From assembly GCA_963716745.1 (NCBI GenBank), contig OY970320.1, forward strand, positions 864,001 to 928,000: DNA of 64,000 nucleotides. The letters run 5' to 3'. The DNA comes from an uncultured Gemmatimonadaceae bacterium (GTDB taxonomy: Bacteria; Gemmatimonadota; Gemmatimonadetes; Gemmatimonadales; Gemmatimonadaceae). Below, piece by piece: positions 46,051 to 55,363 of the stretch. Below the pieces are notes generated by a model, which saw only the letters and a list, made by a program, of their open reading frames with translations, was not told where the DNA came from and made no database searches. Position 1 is the first letter of the stretch; the number at the start of each line of letters is the position of its first letter. The translations under genes and the position numbers were made by a program.

Positions 46051-47463
46051 CTATCGCGCCCGCCATATGGTCATCGTGCCGGTCGTCGCATGCCCGTTCG
46101 AACTTCCCTCCGGCATCGCGATGCGCCCGTCCACCACGATCGGGCTGTTCCAGTGCCCCTTGCCGCAGTCCAGCGTTGCGAGCACCGCGCCGGTCGCCGG
46201 CTCGTACACGCGCAGCTTGCCATCCGCGTCGTACACGTACAACAATCCCCCCGCGATCACCGGACTCGTGCCGCCGTTCGCATTCTTCCACTTCAGCTCG
46301 AGCTTCTCGTTCGCGAACGTGAACGCCTCGGTGCCGCCCTTATCCGCCATGAAGATCCACGTCGCGCCGGCGCTGTGCCACACCGCGGGTGACGCGAACA
46401 ACTTTGCGCCGCTCGGCGTGCGCTCCTTCTGCGATTCGCCGCCGGTGTGCGGCGGCAACGCGCGGAACTTCTTCCAGTCGAGCAGTCGCACATCCCCGTC
46501 CTTCCCGGTCTGCACCACCCATCCGTCGAGCAACACGGGACTCGACGAGCCGAGGTCCTGGTCGGAGCTGTCGAGCTGATCGGTGTTCGTCGGCGTGTAC
46601 GCGCCGAGTATGCGCGACGCGTCCGGCGACAGCTCGATCACGGCGTCGCCCCAATGGTACGTGCCATCCCAGAGTCCGTTGCCGGTGGCGACGAAGAGGT
46701 TGCCCGTCGTGCTATCCACCACGGCGCCCGTGCGTCCCCAGATCGCGCTCCCGCTCTCGCCGCACGAACTCGGCGCGATCAATGCCGCCTTATCGCTGCA
46801 CAGCGAGTTCCACACGCTCAGCAATTTCCCGCTCGCGGCGTCGAGGATCGCGACGTGCCCCTGATACGGTGCGGCGTCTCCAATGTAGCCACCTGTCGTC
46901 GCGATCACGTGCCCGTGAAACACATTGATCGCGCTCGCGATCTTCTCGCGACGCGGGAGCATGGTGATCGACGTGCTCCACACGGCACTGCCGTCGGTCA
47001 CTGACAGCTTCTCGATCGTGCCGCCGGGATTCGCCGCGTAGATGAACGCCCGGCTCGCGTCCGCCGCGGGCGTGGCGGTGGTCACCTGCGCCGTACCCAC
47101 CCACGTGTCGTAGTCGGACGGCGAATGCTGCCAGAGGATCATGCCCGAGTCGGCGTCGATCGCGGCGGTGATGCCGTACGACGTGGTAACGAAGAACACG
47201 TCACGCTTCGCGCCGCGCACCTGCACCCCATGCAGATACATGGCCGACGCGTCCACCGTGCCGGGCAGCGTGATGTGTCGCACGCGCAGTTGGCTCAGGT
47301 CACCCGCGGCGATGCCGGCGGGCGCCGTCGACGCGTTCGATCCGGCGACGTCGAAGCCGAAGCGCGGCCAATCGTGCGTGGCGTCGCCATCGGCGACGGG
47401 AAGCAACACCGCGCCGAACGCGAGGAGCGCCGCCGCGAGGCGCCAGTCATGTGTGTGAGTCAT
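46051..47463 (-). CDS. Secreted PQQ-like beta-propeller protein
   Basis: Signal peptide, DWPRFGFD, AIDADSGMILW, ATGNG, DQDLGSSSP. Confidence 0.78.
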   Translation of the reverse strand: MTHTHDWRLAAALLAFGAVLLPVADGDATHDWPRFGFDVAGSNASTAPAGIAAGDLSQLRVRHITLPGTVDASAMYLHGVQVRGAKRDVFFVTTSYGITAAIDADSGMILWQHSPSDYDTWVGTAQVTTATPAADASRAFIYAANPGGTIEKLSVTDGSAVWSTSITMLPRREKIASAINVFHGHVIATTGGYIGDAAPYQGHVAILDAASGKLLSVWNSLCSDKAALIAPSSCGESGSAIWGRTGAVVDSTTGNLFVATGNGLWDGTYHWGDAVIELSPDASRILGAYTPTNTDQLDSSDQDLGSSSPVLLDGWVVQTGKDGDVRLLDWKKFRALPPHTGGESQKERTPSGAKLFASPAVWHSAGATWIFMADKGGTEAFTFANEKLELKWKNANGGTSPVIAGGLLYVYDADGKLRVYEPATGAVLATLDCGKGHWNSPIVVDGRIAMPEGSSNGHATTGTMTIWRAR

Positions 47464-47876
47464 GGTGATAGCTCCGCTCGAGTGGGCAGCAGTTCCCGCA
47501 GTCTCGGCTCGCGTGGCCAGAGTCCCGCCCACACGAGAACGCCGAGCACGACCGGAAGGACGCTCAACCCGACCGGCATGCCGGCGTGGAAGTTCGCTTC
47601 GGTGGCGCCGCCCAGATAACCGGTGAGGAGCAGCGCGCCGAGCACGGCGGTGCGCGGGAAGACGTAGAGCACGAGACAGACGAGCAGCGTGATGCCGATG
47701 CCGAAGATGTAGGCCGGAGAGAATCCGTTCTTCGCCGACGCGGCGAGCACCGCGGGCACCTGCAGGATCTTGGTGAGGCAATCGAAGAGCAGGAACAACA
47801 CGACGAGCGTGGTGATTATCCGGCCGGCCCAGATCTGGGCCTTGCTGGGCTGATAGGCAGTGGGAGTGAGTTGCAT
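47460..47876 (-). CDS. DoxX-family membrane protein
   Basis: PRTAVLGALLLTGYLGGA motif. Confidence 0.88.
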   Translation of the reverse strand: MQLTPTAYQPSKAQIWAGRIITTLVVLFLLFDCLTKILQVPAVLAASAKNGFSPAYIFGIGITLLVCLVLYVFPRTAVLGALLLTGYLGGATEANFHAGMPVGLSVLPVVLGVLVWAGLWPREPRLRELLPTRAELSP

Positions 47877-47977
47877 TCGTGATCCTCCGGGTTCGAGAGA
47901 GGACTGTTCCGAATGATACACCTATCGGATCGGACTGGCATCAAGGTGTGCGCTGATCGATCCCGTGAGACCGGAGG

Positions 47978-48062
47978 GATCACGGTTCATGATCTGAACG
48001 GATCTGCGCATGGAGACGGATCGAGCCGCGGAATGCTCGTGCGCAAGGAACTTCTTGGGAAC
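47978..48062 (+). repeat. Degenerate family D copy fused to a family A half
   Basis: GATCACGGTTCATGATCTGAACGGATCTG...TTGGGAAC. Confidence 0.7.
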
Positions 48063-48072
48063 TACTCTCGCC

Positions 48073-48128
48073 GTGTCGTGATGTAATGCGTTGTTATGCC
48101 TCACCGGTTCCCGGCAACCGGTTCCCGG
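48073..48128. repeat. Family A right arm only
   Basis: GTCGTGATGTAATGCGTTGTTATGCCTCACCGGTTCCCGGCAACCGGTTCCCGG. Confidence 0.85.
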
Positions 48129-48184
48129 TAGTCGCATGGCGAGCGGCACTGGACGAATTCGCCAGTCGCATTTAGAGTAAGAGC

Positions 48185-49084
48185 ATGAAGTGGTCCCCGG
48201 TTCTCCTCATCGCGCTCGTCGCGTGTTCGCAGAAGACTGCGAAGGATGCCAAGTCGATCTCGAAGTCGCAGATCGACTCGGCGATGGACGCGCTCAACAA
48301 GAAATTCGCGGACACGCTTCACCCCTTCGCCGCGGGCGCGCACAAGTACGGGCCGCCCACGGGCAAGATCCGAGTCGCGAACATGATCGAGATCAACGGC
48401 ACGCCGGCCGGTCCGGTGGACCTGTACGACGTGTCGCGCCCCGACTCCGCGGCGGTGCCGCTCATCAAGAACTTGGCGTACGGGCAGATCTCGGACTACG
48501 TGTCGCCGCGCGCGGGCGATTCTGCGGCGCCGCGCAGCAATCTCTGGATGTTCCCCGCGGGAACGAAGCAAGCGGCGTTCCCGTACGGCACGAACATCGA
48601 CCACGCCTTCTATGAGCCCGACGACCAGATCACCGTCGCGCCCGGGCCAACGTCAATGGTCGGCTCGATCGGCTACCCGGACCTCGTCGAAGGAGGAAAG
48701 CGCAAGAACTCCTACCGCGACTCGTTGCGCATCATCCCCGCGGGCCAAGCACTGCTCGTCGTGCTCCAATCGAACGTGAATGCCGATTCGTTGCCTGGAC
48801 TGTATCTCATGATCGACGGCGTGTGCCCGCTCACGACCGTGTTCCCCAAGAACACGCATCCCACGGGTCTCGGCACGGACATCAACTTCGGCGTGACACC
48901 CGGCACGCACACGCTGGGCATCATCACGGCGAAGCGCGGATTCGGGCTGCTGAACTGCAACGGCTTGAAGCCCGGGCCAACGACATCGATCACCGTCGAT
49001 GCCGGACATCGGTACGTGGTGCTCGTGTACGGGCTCGCGAAGGACGGGTTCCGGATACTGACGGCGCCGATCGCGGGGCAATAA
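48185..49084 (+). CDS. Hypothetical lipoprotein (DUF4397-like)
   Basis: Lipobox LVAC; IRVAN..GPVDLY..NLAYGQISDY; VDAGHRYVVLVYG. Confidence 0.65.
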   Translation: MKWSPVLLIALVACSQKTAKDAKSISKSQIDSAMDALNKKFADTLHPFAAGAHKYGPPTGKIRVANMIEINGTPAGPVDLYDVSRPDSAAVPLIKNLAYGQISDYVSPRAGDSAAPRSNLWMFPAGTKQAAFPYGTNIDHAFYEPDDQITVAPGPTSMVGSIGYPDLVEGGKRKNSYRDSLRIIPAGQALLVVLQSNVNADSLPGLYLMIDGVCPLTTVFPKNTHPTGLGTDINFGVTPGTHTLGIITAKRGFGLLNCNGLKPGPTTSITVDAGHRYVVLVYGLAKDGFRILTAPIAGQ

Positions 49085-49131
49085 CGAACGGCCGGTTGCC
49101 CGAGGCATCATTCTAGGCCGGACTGACATCA

Positions 49132-49525
49132 AGGTTCAAGTTTCGACCGGATCAACCGGATGATACGGATCATCCGGATACTTCATCGCGCGTGGAAGGC
49201 TCGTGTGCGCGACTACCTCTGATTTTTTTGGGAACGGCCGAAGCGCGACGCGCCGATCGATTCCAGCGAGGCCAGTACAGATCACGGTTCATGTTTTGAA
49301 CGGATCTGACGGATGGAACGGATGGGACGGAGACCGCGTGAAGAGCGTAAGCGCGCGAAGAAGTAAGACTTGGGAACAGCCCGCGCGAAACGAGATCGAG
49401 CGAGGGAGCGGCGCGGCCCCGGCGCAGCCGCGGCAGCGAAAAGCGAGAGACTCGCGGCGCAGTTCAGCCGCGAGGCTCGAAGCGGTTTGAGCGAAAGCGG
49501 CCTAGCCGGGGCCGCGCCGCGACCG
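49132..49525 (+). repeat. Degenerate D copy (49132-49238) followed by a full D+E element (49280-49525)
   Basis: GATCACGGTTCATGTTTTGAACGGATCTGACGGATGGAACGGATGGGACGGAGACCGCGTGAAG...CCTAGCCGGGGCCGCGCCGC. Confidence 0.85.
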
Positions 49526-49538
49526 TCCGCGCGACCTA

Positions 49539-51353
49539 CTACCCACTCACTCGCGCGCGCATTTTCGCCAACGCAATGATCGCGTCCATCTCCGACCGGT
49601 GCTTCGTGAACGTGTCGTCCACCACTTGCAGCGTCGGGATCCGATCGGGCGTGAGGCTCAGCGTTTGCACATCGAACTTGGAGAATCCCGACTCGTGCAC
49701 GCCGCTGCTGCCCCGCCCCGGCGCGGGGCTGCTCAGGTGCTGGTAGTACCGTGAGTACTTGAGCCAGCGCGGCGAGAAACCCGCTTGGTACATCGGGATG
49801 AAACCGTGCAGCGCGTCGTACGGCATCTCCCCCACGGGCGCGACGCCCGGGAATTTCTCGCGCAAGTTCTTCACCAGGCGCTGCGTGCCCTCGTGCATGT
49901 CGCCGTTCGTGCTGTTCACGTGACCGCCGACGATATCCAGGAAATACGCGTCCACCTCGTATCGTTCGATCGTCTCCGCGATGCGCCCCTCGAGATGACC
50001 CCGCCACGCATCGGCGCCAAGATTCATATAGGCGAGCCACCCGTCCTGATGGCGGTCGTTGTTCCAGTCCACCCATGAGATGTCGTACGCGTTGCCGTCG
50101 ATCTTCTGCGTCTGCGCGGCCGCAATATTTCGCCACACGGGCTGTTTCCGGTTCGCGGCGTTGGTACCGAACATCGGCATGATCCTGAAGCCGAGTGCGC
50201 GTGCGCCGGTGATGAGCGCCCGGAACGCGCCTTCGCCGCCCATGCGCGCGGGCACGGTGTAATTCGGATAATCCCAGTAGTAGCGGCCGTCCCACGCGGG
50301 GAGGAAGACGAGCACGCGCGCCGGCGGGATGCGCTCCGATATCCATTTCAGGATCGCGAGCTGCTGGGTGAAATCGTTGAAGATGAATCCGGTGTAGTGC
50401 ATGCCGTGCAGCGTCACGACGAGTGCGATGTCGCGCATCCACGCGGGCACGTCGGTGCGTTTGTCCCACGACACGAGACCGAATGCGCGTTCGGTCTGGT
50501 CCCAGTGCGCGTCGAGCGCGGCGTCGAGCGACGGCGCGCGACCAATGCGCCACGCGGGCACGGTGACCTGCGTATCGTCGCGCCAGCCGTCGTGCTCGTA
50601 CACGGCTTCCACGCGATACGCGCGCTCGCCCGCCTGGAAATAGTACCGCTTGGGACGCACGCGATCGTCGCGCGAATCGATCCACCAGACGTCGCGATCC
50701 CCCGCCTGCACCGCGGCCACCGGCGTGCTCATGCTCGCCGGCACTTCGTCGCCGTGCAGATCGCCGGCGCAGAACGGATAGCCGCCGATCACATCGTCAT
50801 CGCCGTGATCTCTCAGCGCTCCGCCGCCGAGCGAGATCTTGCCGCGCGGCACATCGCGGATCACAGTCGTGACGCTCCTGATGGGTCGTTCCATCTGCGC
50901 GCGGATCGTCCACTCGATGGTGGACCCGGTTCGAGTGAACTCCGCGCGTACTTGTCCCGCCAATTCCTGCTGCCCGCCCGCGAACACCAGCCGGTCGCAC
51001 GTGAGCACGAGCGCCTCGCCGTTCCCCTCGGCGCGCATGCTCGGCAAGTGCAATCCGTAGGTGTTCTCCGCGGTGAACAGCAAGAAGCTGAACCGGTGCC
51101 CACCGAACGCGACGGCCGGCTCAGGGAAATCGAAGCTGAACTTCATCCACGAATCGCCTCTGGGCGGGATGAACACGTCGCTCGTGGAATGCAGATCGAT
51201 GATCGCGCCGGCGCTGTACCGCGGCGTCAGCGAGATGGTGGCCTTGAGGGGAGAAACGAGTTCGGCAGCCATTTTACTGAACGGCACGAACGCGCTCGCG
51301 CTGGCGGCACTCAGTGTTTTCAGCCAATCCCGTCGCGACCAGCGATCACTCAT
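49539..51353 (-). CDS. Tat-exported hypothetical protein, possible TIM-barrel glycoside hydrolase
   Basis: SRRDWLK signal; WDGRYYWDYP, FRALITGARALGFRIMP, VDAYFLD. Confidence 0.6.
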   Translation of the reverse strand: MSDRWSRRDWLKTLSAASASAFVPFSKMAAELVSPLKATISLTPRYSAGAIIDLHSTSDVFIPPRGDSWMKFSFDFPEPAVAFGGHRFSFLLFTAENTYGLHLPSMRAEGNGEALVLTCDRLVFAGGQQELAGQVRAEFTRTGSTIEWTIRAQMERPIRSVTTVIRDVPRGKISLGGGALRDHGDDDVIGGYPFCAGDLHGDEVPASMSTPVAAVQAGDRDVWWIDSRDDRVRPKRYYFQAGERAYRVEAVYEHDGWRDDTQVTVPAWRIGRAPSLDAALDAHWDQTERAFGLVSWDKRTDVPAWMRDIALVVTLHGMHYTGFIFNDFTQQLAILKWISERIPPARVLVFLPAWDGRYYWDYPNYTVPARMGGEGAFRALITGARALGFRIMPMFGTNAANRKQPVWRNIAAAQTQKIDGNAYDISWVDWNNDRHQDGWLAYMNLGADAWRGHLEGRIAETIERYEVDAYFLDIVGGHVNSTNGDMHEGTQRLVKNLREKFPGVAPVGEMPYDALHGFIPMYQAGFSPRWLKYSRYYQHLSSPAPGRGSSGVHESGFSKFDVQTLSLTPDRIPTLQVVDDTFTKHRSEMDAIIALAKMRARVSG

Positions 51354-51410
51354 CGAGTGCTCCATTCGAAACGGGAACCAGCGCCCCCGACAACTTACGC
51401 CCTCCCAGCC

Positions 51411-51473
51411 GCGCGCAATGTCGTGACACCATTCGTCGTCATGCCTCACCGGTTCCCGGTAACCGGTTCCCGG
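51411..51473. repeat. Family A right arm only
   Basis: GCGCGCAATGTCGTGAC...CATGCCTCACCGGTTCCCGGTAACCGGTTCCCGG. Confidence 0.85.
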
Positions 51474-51558
51474 CAGTCAGCCGTTCGGACGCTTTCCATC
51501 CCCTATCAAATAGGGTATAAATAGGTGCTGTCGCCACAACCTCAACCACGAGGCTACC

Positions 51559-52023
51559 ATGAGACGTTCCATTCTCGCCGCGACACTGCTGTTCGCCGGC
51601 GCCTCCCTCTCGGCTCAAGCCGCCCCCGCCGCCGCGCCCGCACTCAAGTGGGGACCCGCGCCGCCAGTCTTCCCCGCCGGCGCGCAGATGGCCGTCGTAT
51701 CGGGCGACCCGTCGAAAGCGGGACCGTTCGTGATCCAGCTCAAACTGCCTGATGGGTACACGATCGCGCCGCACTTCCACCCGACGATGGAAAGCGTGCA
51801 GGTCATCTCGGGCATGTTCATGGTCGGGATGGGAGATACGGTGAAGACCGCCGACATGAAGATGTTCATGGTCGGCCAGAGCGGGAGCATCCCGGCGACC
51901 ATGCACCATTACGCACGCGCCCAAGGCCCCACGATCGTGCAGGTGACGTCGACGGGCCCGTTCGCGCTCACGTACGTGAATCCGGCGGACGATCCGTCGA
52001 AGATGGCGAAGCCGGGACAGTAA
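51559..52023 (+). CDS. Secreted cupin-domain protein
   Basis: GDPSKAGPF, PHFHP..E..VISG, PATMHHYA. Confidence 0.85.
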   Translation: MRRSILAATLLFAGASLSAQAAPAAAPALKWGPAPPVFPAGAQMAVVSGDPSKAGPFVIQLKLPDGYTIAPHFHPTMESVQVISGMFMVGMGDTVKTADMKMFMVGQSGSIPATMHHYARAQGPTIVQVTSTGPFALTYVNPADDPSKMAKPGQ

Positions 52024-52033
52024 CTGCTAACTA

Positions 52034-52151
52034 CCGGGAACCGATTGCCGGGAACCGGTATGGCATGAACACGCATGGCATCACGACTTCGCCCAATGTC
52101 GTGATGCCATGCGTTGTTATGCCTCACCGGTTCCCGGCAATCGGTTCCCGG
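52034..52151. repeat. Family A palindrome
   Basis: Full copy. Confidence 0.95.
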
Positions 52152-52186
52152 CTTGCTCACGCCATGTGACAATCCCCGGAGGCCCA

Positions 52187-52774
52187 ATGAATCGCACGCG
52201 CGCCATTGCGGCGGCACTCGTCCTCGGCGCTCCAACAATGCTGTTCGCGCAACAGCCGATGGCGCCCGTGCCCAGCGGCCCAGGCATGGTGATCACGGGA
52301 ACCATGCACACCTCCGCCATGTTATACGGCGGGTGGCTGAAAACAGCCTTCGATTCGATCCCGGCGAGCAAGTTCGGGTTCCGTCCGACGCCGCAACAGC
52401 AGACCATCGGATATATCGCCCAGCATCTCGAGGCCGCGAACTATCTGCTCTGCTCGCGCTTCGGCGGCCTGACGCCGCCGATGACCGCCAGAGATTCACT
52501 CGCGGACACGATCAAGGCTCAGTGGCCGAAGGACACCCTGGTAGCTCGCCTCAAAGCGTCGCTCGAGTTCTGCCATCGCGCGTTCGCGACGGTCAACGAC
52601 GCGAATCTCACCGACTCGATCCCCGCGGGCCCGCCGGGCTCGGGGCGCAAGAGCGTGAGAGTCCGCGCGGTGCAGATCTTCGTGCTCGACCTCGCCGATC
52701 ACTACAGTCAGCTCGCGAATTACATGCGGCTCAATGGAATGGTGCCGCCGTCGTCGTTTCCGCCGCTCAAGTGA
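52187..52774 (+). CDS. Secreted DinB-family protein
   Basis: FGFRPTP, IAQHL, DHYSQLANYMRLNGMVPP. Confidence 0.85.
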   Translation: MNRTRAIAAALVLGAPTMLFAQQPMAPVPSGPGMVITGTMHTSAMLYGGWLKTAFDSIPASKFGFRPTPQQQTIGYIAQHLEAANYLLCSRFGGLTPPMTARDSLADTIKAQWPKDTLVARLKASLEFCHRAFATVNDANLTDSIPAGPPGSGRKSVRVRAVQIFVLDLADHYSQLANYMRLNGMVPPSSFPPLK

Positions 52775-52796
52775 AGAGGCGGGGCTGCTGGTACTG

Positions 52797-52914
52797 CCGG
52801 GAACCGATTACCGGGAACCGGTGATGGCATGAAACGCATGGCATCACGACTTCGCCCGATGTCGTGATGCCATGTGTTTTCATGCCACACCGGTTCCCGG
52901 AAATCGGTTCCCGG
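52797..52914. repeat. Family A palindrome
   Basis: Full copy. Confidence 0.95.
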
Positions 52915-52926
52915 TAGTTGAGTAGT

Positions 52927-53951
52927 TCACCATCCCGCCACTTCGATGATCGCATCCGCGAACGCCTTCGGCGCTTCCTGCGGCAGATCGTGCCCATGCC
53001 GCCGTCGATCACCCTGTGCGCGTACTTGCCGGTGAATTTGTTGGCGTAGGTGCTCGCGTCCCCGTGCGGCGCCCCGTTCGCATCGCCTTCCAGGGTCATG
53101 GTGGGCACGGCGATCGTCGGCAACTTGGCCAGCTGCGCGTCGATCGCGTCGTACTTGGGATCGCCTTGGACCAGCCCGAGCCGCCAGCGGTAATTGTGGA
53201 TCACGATGCGAACATGATCCGGATTGTCGAACAATGCCGCCGTGCGATCGAACGTGGCATCGTCGAATCGCCACTTGGGCGACGCGAGCTGCCAGATGAG
53301 CTTGTTGAAATCGTGCCGGTACTTGTCGTATCCGGCTTGGCCGCGGTCGGTCGCGAAGTAGAACTGATACCACCACTGCAACTCCGCTGCGGGCGGCAGC
53401 GGCACTCTGCCGGATGCTTGACTGCCGATCAGGTAGCCGCTCACGGACACCATCGCCTTGCAGCGTTCGGGCCAAAGTGCCCCGATGATGTTCGCCGTTC
53501 GCGCTCCCCAGTCGAAGCCGCCGATGATCGCCGTCTGGATCTTGAGCGCATCCATCAGCGCGACGATGTCCAGCGCGACCGCCGAGGGTTGTCCAGTGCG
53601 GAACGCGTCGCTCGACTGGAACTTCGTCGTGCCGTATCCACGCAGATACGGCACGATGACCCGGAAACCCGCGGCCGCCAGCAACGGAGTCACATCGTCG
53701 AACGCGTGAATGTCGTACGGCCAGCCGTGCAGCAGGATCACCGCGCGGCCGCCGGCGGGACCGGCTTCCGCGTAGCCCACGTTGAGAACGCCGGCATCGA
53801 TCTGCTTTACGGGGCCGAGTGGCGTGGTCGGGCCGAGAGTCACGCTGCTTCGGCTGCGGGCAAGATCGAACTCGCCAAGCCTTGCGGCGGCGATCGCCGC
53901 AGCCGCCGCTACCAGAAAGTCGCGGCGCGCTTCATCGATCACGTTGGACAT
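52927..53951 (-). CDS. Alpha/beta hydrolase (epoxide-hydrolase-like) with Tat-like leader (frameshift ~52995)
   Basis: LLHGWP, PYLRGYG, GFDWGA; C-terminal GHDLPQEAPKAF in the shifted frame. Confidence 0.88.
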
Positions 53952-54034
53952 GGGGCGCTCAGGAAAAAGAGAGATTCCACGATATGATTCGATCGAGAAT
54001 AAGGCAAGCGTGCTCTCACTAGAAGATCGAACTA

Positions 54035-54152
54035 CCGGGAACCGATTGCCGGGAACCGGTGATGCATGACAACGCATGGCATCACGACATCGTGCGAAGT
54101 CGTGATGCCATGCGTTGTCATTCCATACCGGTTCCCGGAAACCGGTTCCCGG
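54035..54152. repeat. Family A palindrome
   Basis: Full copy. Confidence 0.95.
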
Positions 54153-54214
54153 CTGTTTGTCCTTAGCGTCGCCTCGCTATACTAATACTCACGGACTTCG
54201 ATCAGGAGTATTCC

Positions 54215-54694
54215 ATGTCGCAATCAGCCAAAGTGGGCGAGCCGGCGCCCGATTTCGAGCTGGCCACCGCGGACGGCAAGCGCATGTCGCTGCGCAGTCT
54301 TCGGGGCAAGCCGGTGATCCTCGTCTTCTATCCGGCCGACTGGAGCCCCGTGTGTGGCGACCAGTTGGCTCTCTACAATGAAGTACTGCCCGAGTTCGAG
54401 CGCTCCGGCGCGCAACTCGTCGGGATTTCTGTAGACAGCATGTGGTGTCATCGCGCGTTCACGGGCGATCGCAAATACCATTTCCCCCTACTCGCGGATT
54501 TCGAGCCCAAGGGTGCGGTCGCCCGGCAGTACGGCGTGTACCATACGAAGGACGGCACGAGCGAGCGCGCGCTCTTCGTGATCGATGCGAACGGCGTGAT
54601 CCGCTGGCGTTACGTGTCGCCGATCGACGTGAATCCCGGCGCCGACGGCATTCTGAAAGCGCTCGACGCACTGACGGCGAAGGTGACGTCATGA
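54215..54694 (+). CDS. AhpC/TSA-family peroxiredoxin-like redoxin
   Basis: APDFEL, FYPADWSPVC, GISVDS, ERALFVID. Confidence 0.88.
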   Translation: MSQSAKVGEPAPDFELATADGKRMSLRSLRGKPVILVFYPADWSPVCGDQLALYNEVLPEFERSGAQLVGISVDSMWCHRAFTGDRKYHFPLLADFEPKGAVARQYGVYHTKDGTSERALFVIDANGVIRWRYVSPIDVNPGADGILKALDALTAKVTS

Positions 54695-55239
54695 CCCGAC
54701 GCGCATCGGTGGTGCAGCTCACGGTGCCGGTATCGAAGCGCGATCACCTCATCGGGCCGGACACGGCGCCCGTGACACTGCTCGAGTACGGCGACTACGA
54801 ATGCCCCTACTGCGGCCGTGCGTTCCCGATCGTCCAGGAAGTGCGGAAGCGCCTGGGCGACAAACTACGATTCGCGTTCCGGAATTTCCCGCTCACGCAG
54901 GTGCATCCGCACGCCGAGCACGCGGCCGAGGTGGCCGAAGCGGCGGACGCGCAGGGGAAATTCTGGGCGATGCACGACTGGATCTACACGCACCAGGAGA
55001 CGCTCGAAGATGAAGAGCTGCTGGACGGCGCGCGCGAAGTAGGACTCGACGCCGATCGCGTGGCACGAGAGCTGGCGGACGGCACGCATCGATCACGCGT
55101 GCACGACGATTTCGCGAGCGGCATAAGGAGCGGCGTGAACGGCACGCCCACGTTCTACATCAACGGAGCACGGCACGACGCGGATTATAATTTCGCGACG
55201 CTTATGGGGGCGATAGAGAAGGCTGGGGGAAAGAAATAA
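54691..55239 (+). CDS. DsbA-family thioredoxin-fold protein
   Basis: EYGDYECPYC, RNFPL, GVNGTPTFYING; ATGA overlap with the redoxin gene. Confidence 0.9.
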   Translation: MTRRASVVQLTVPVSKRDHLIGPDTAPVTLLEYGDYECPYCGRAFPIVQEVRKRLGDKLRFAFRNFPLTQVHPHAEHAAEVAEAADAQGKFWAMHDWIYTHQETLEDEELLDGAREVGLDADRVARELADGTHRSRVHDDFASGIRSGVNGTPTFYINGARHDADYNFATLMGAIEKAGGKK

Positions 55240-55242
55240 CTA

Positions 55243-55359
55243 CCGGGAACCGATTACCGGGAACCGGTATGGCATGAACACGCATGGCATCACGACTTCG
55301 CCGATGTCGTGATGCCATGCGTTGTCATGCATCACCGGTTCCCGGAAACCGGTTCCCGG
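55243..55359. repeat. Family A palindrome
   Basis: Full copy with AACTA...TAGTT flanks. Confidence 0.95.
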
Positions 55360-55363
55360 TAGT

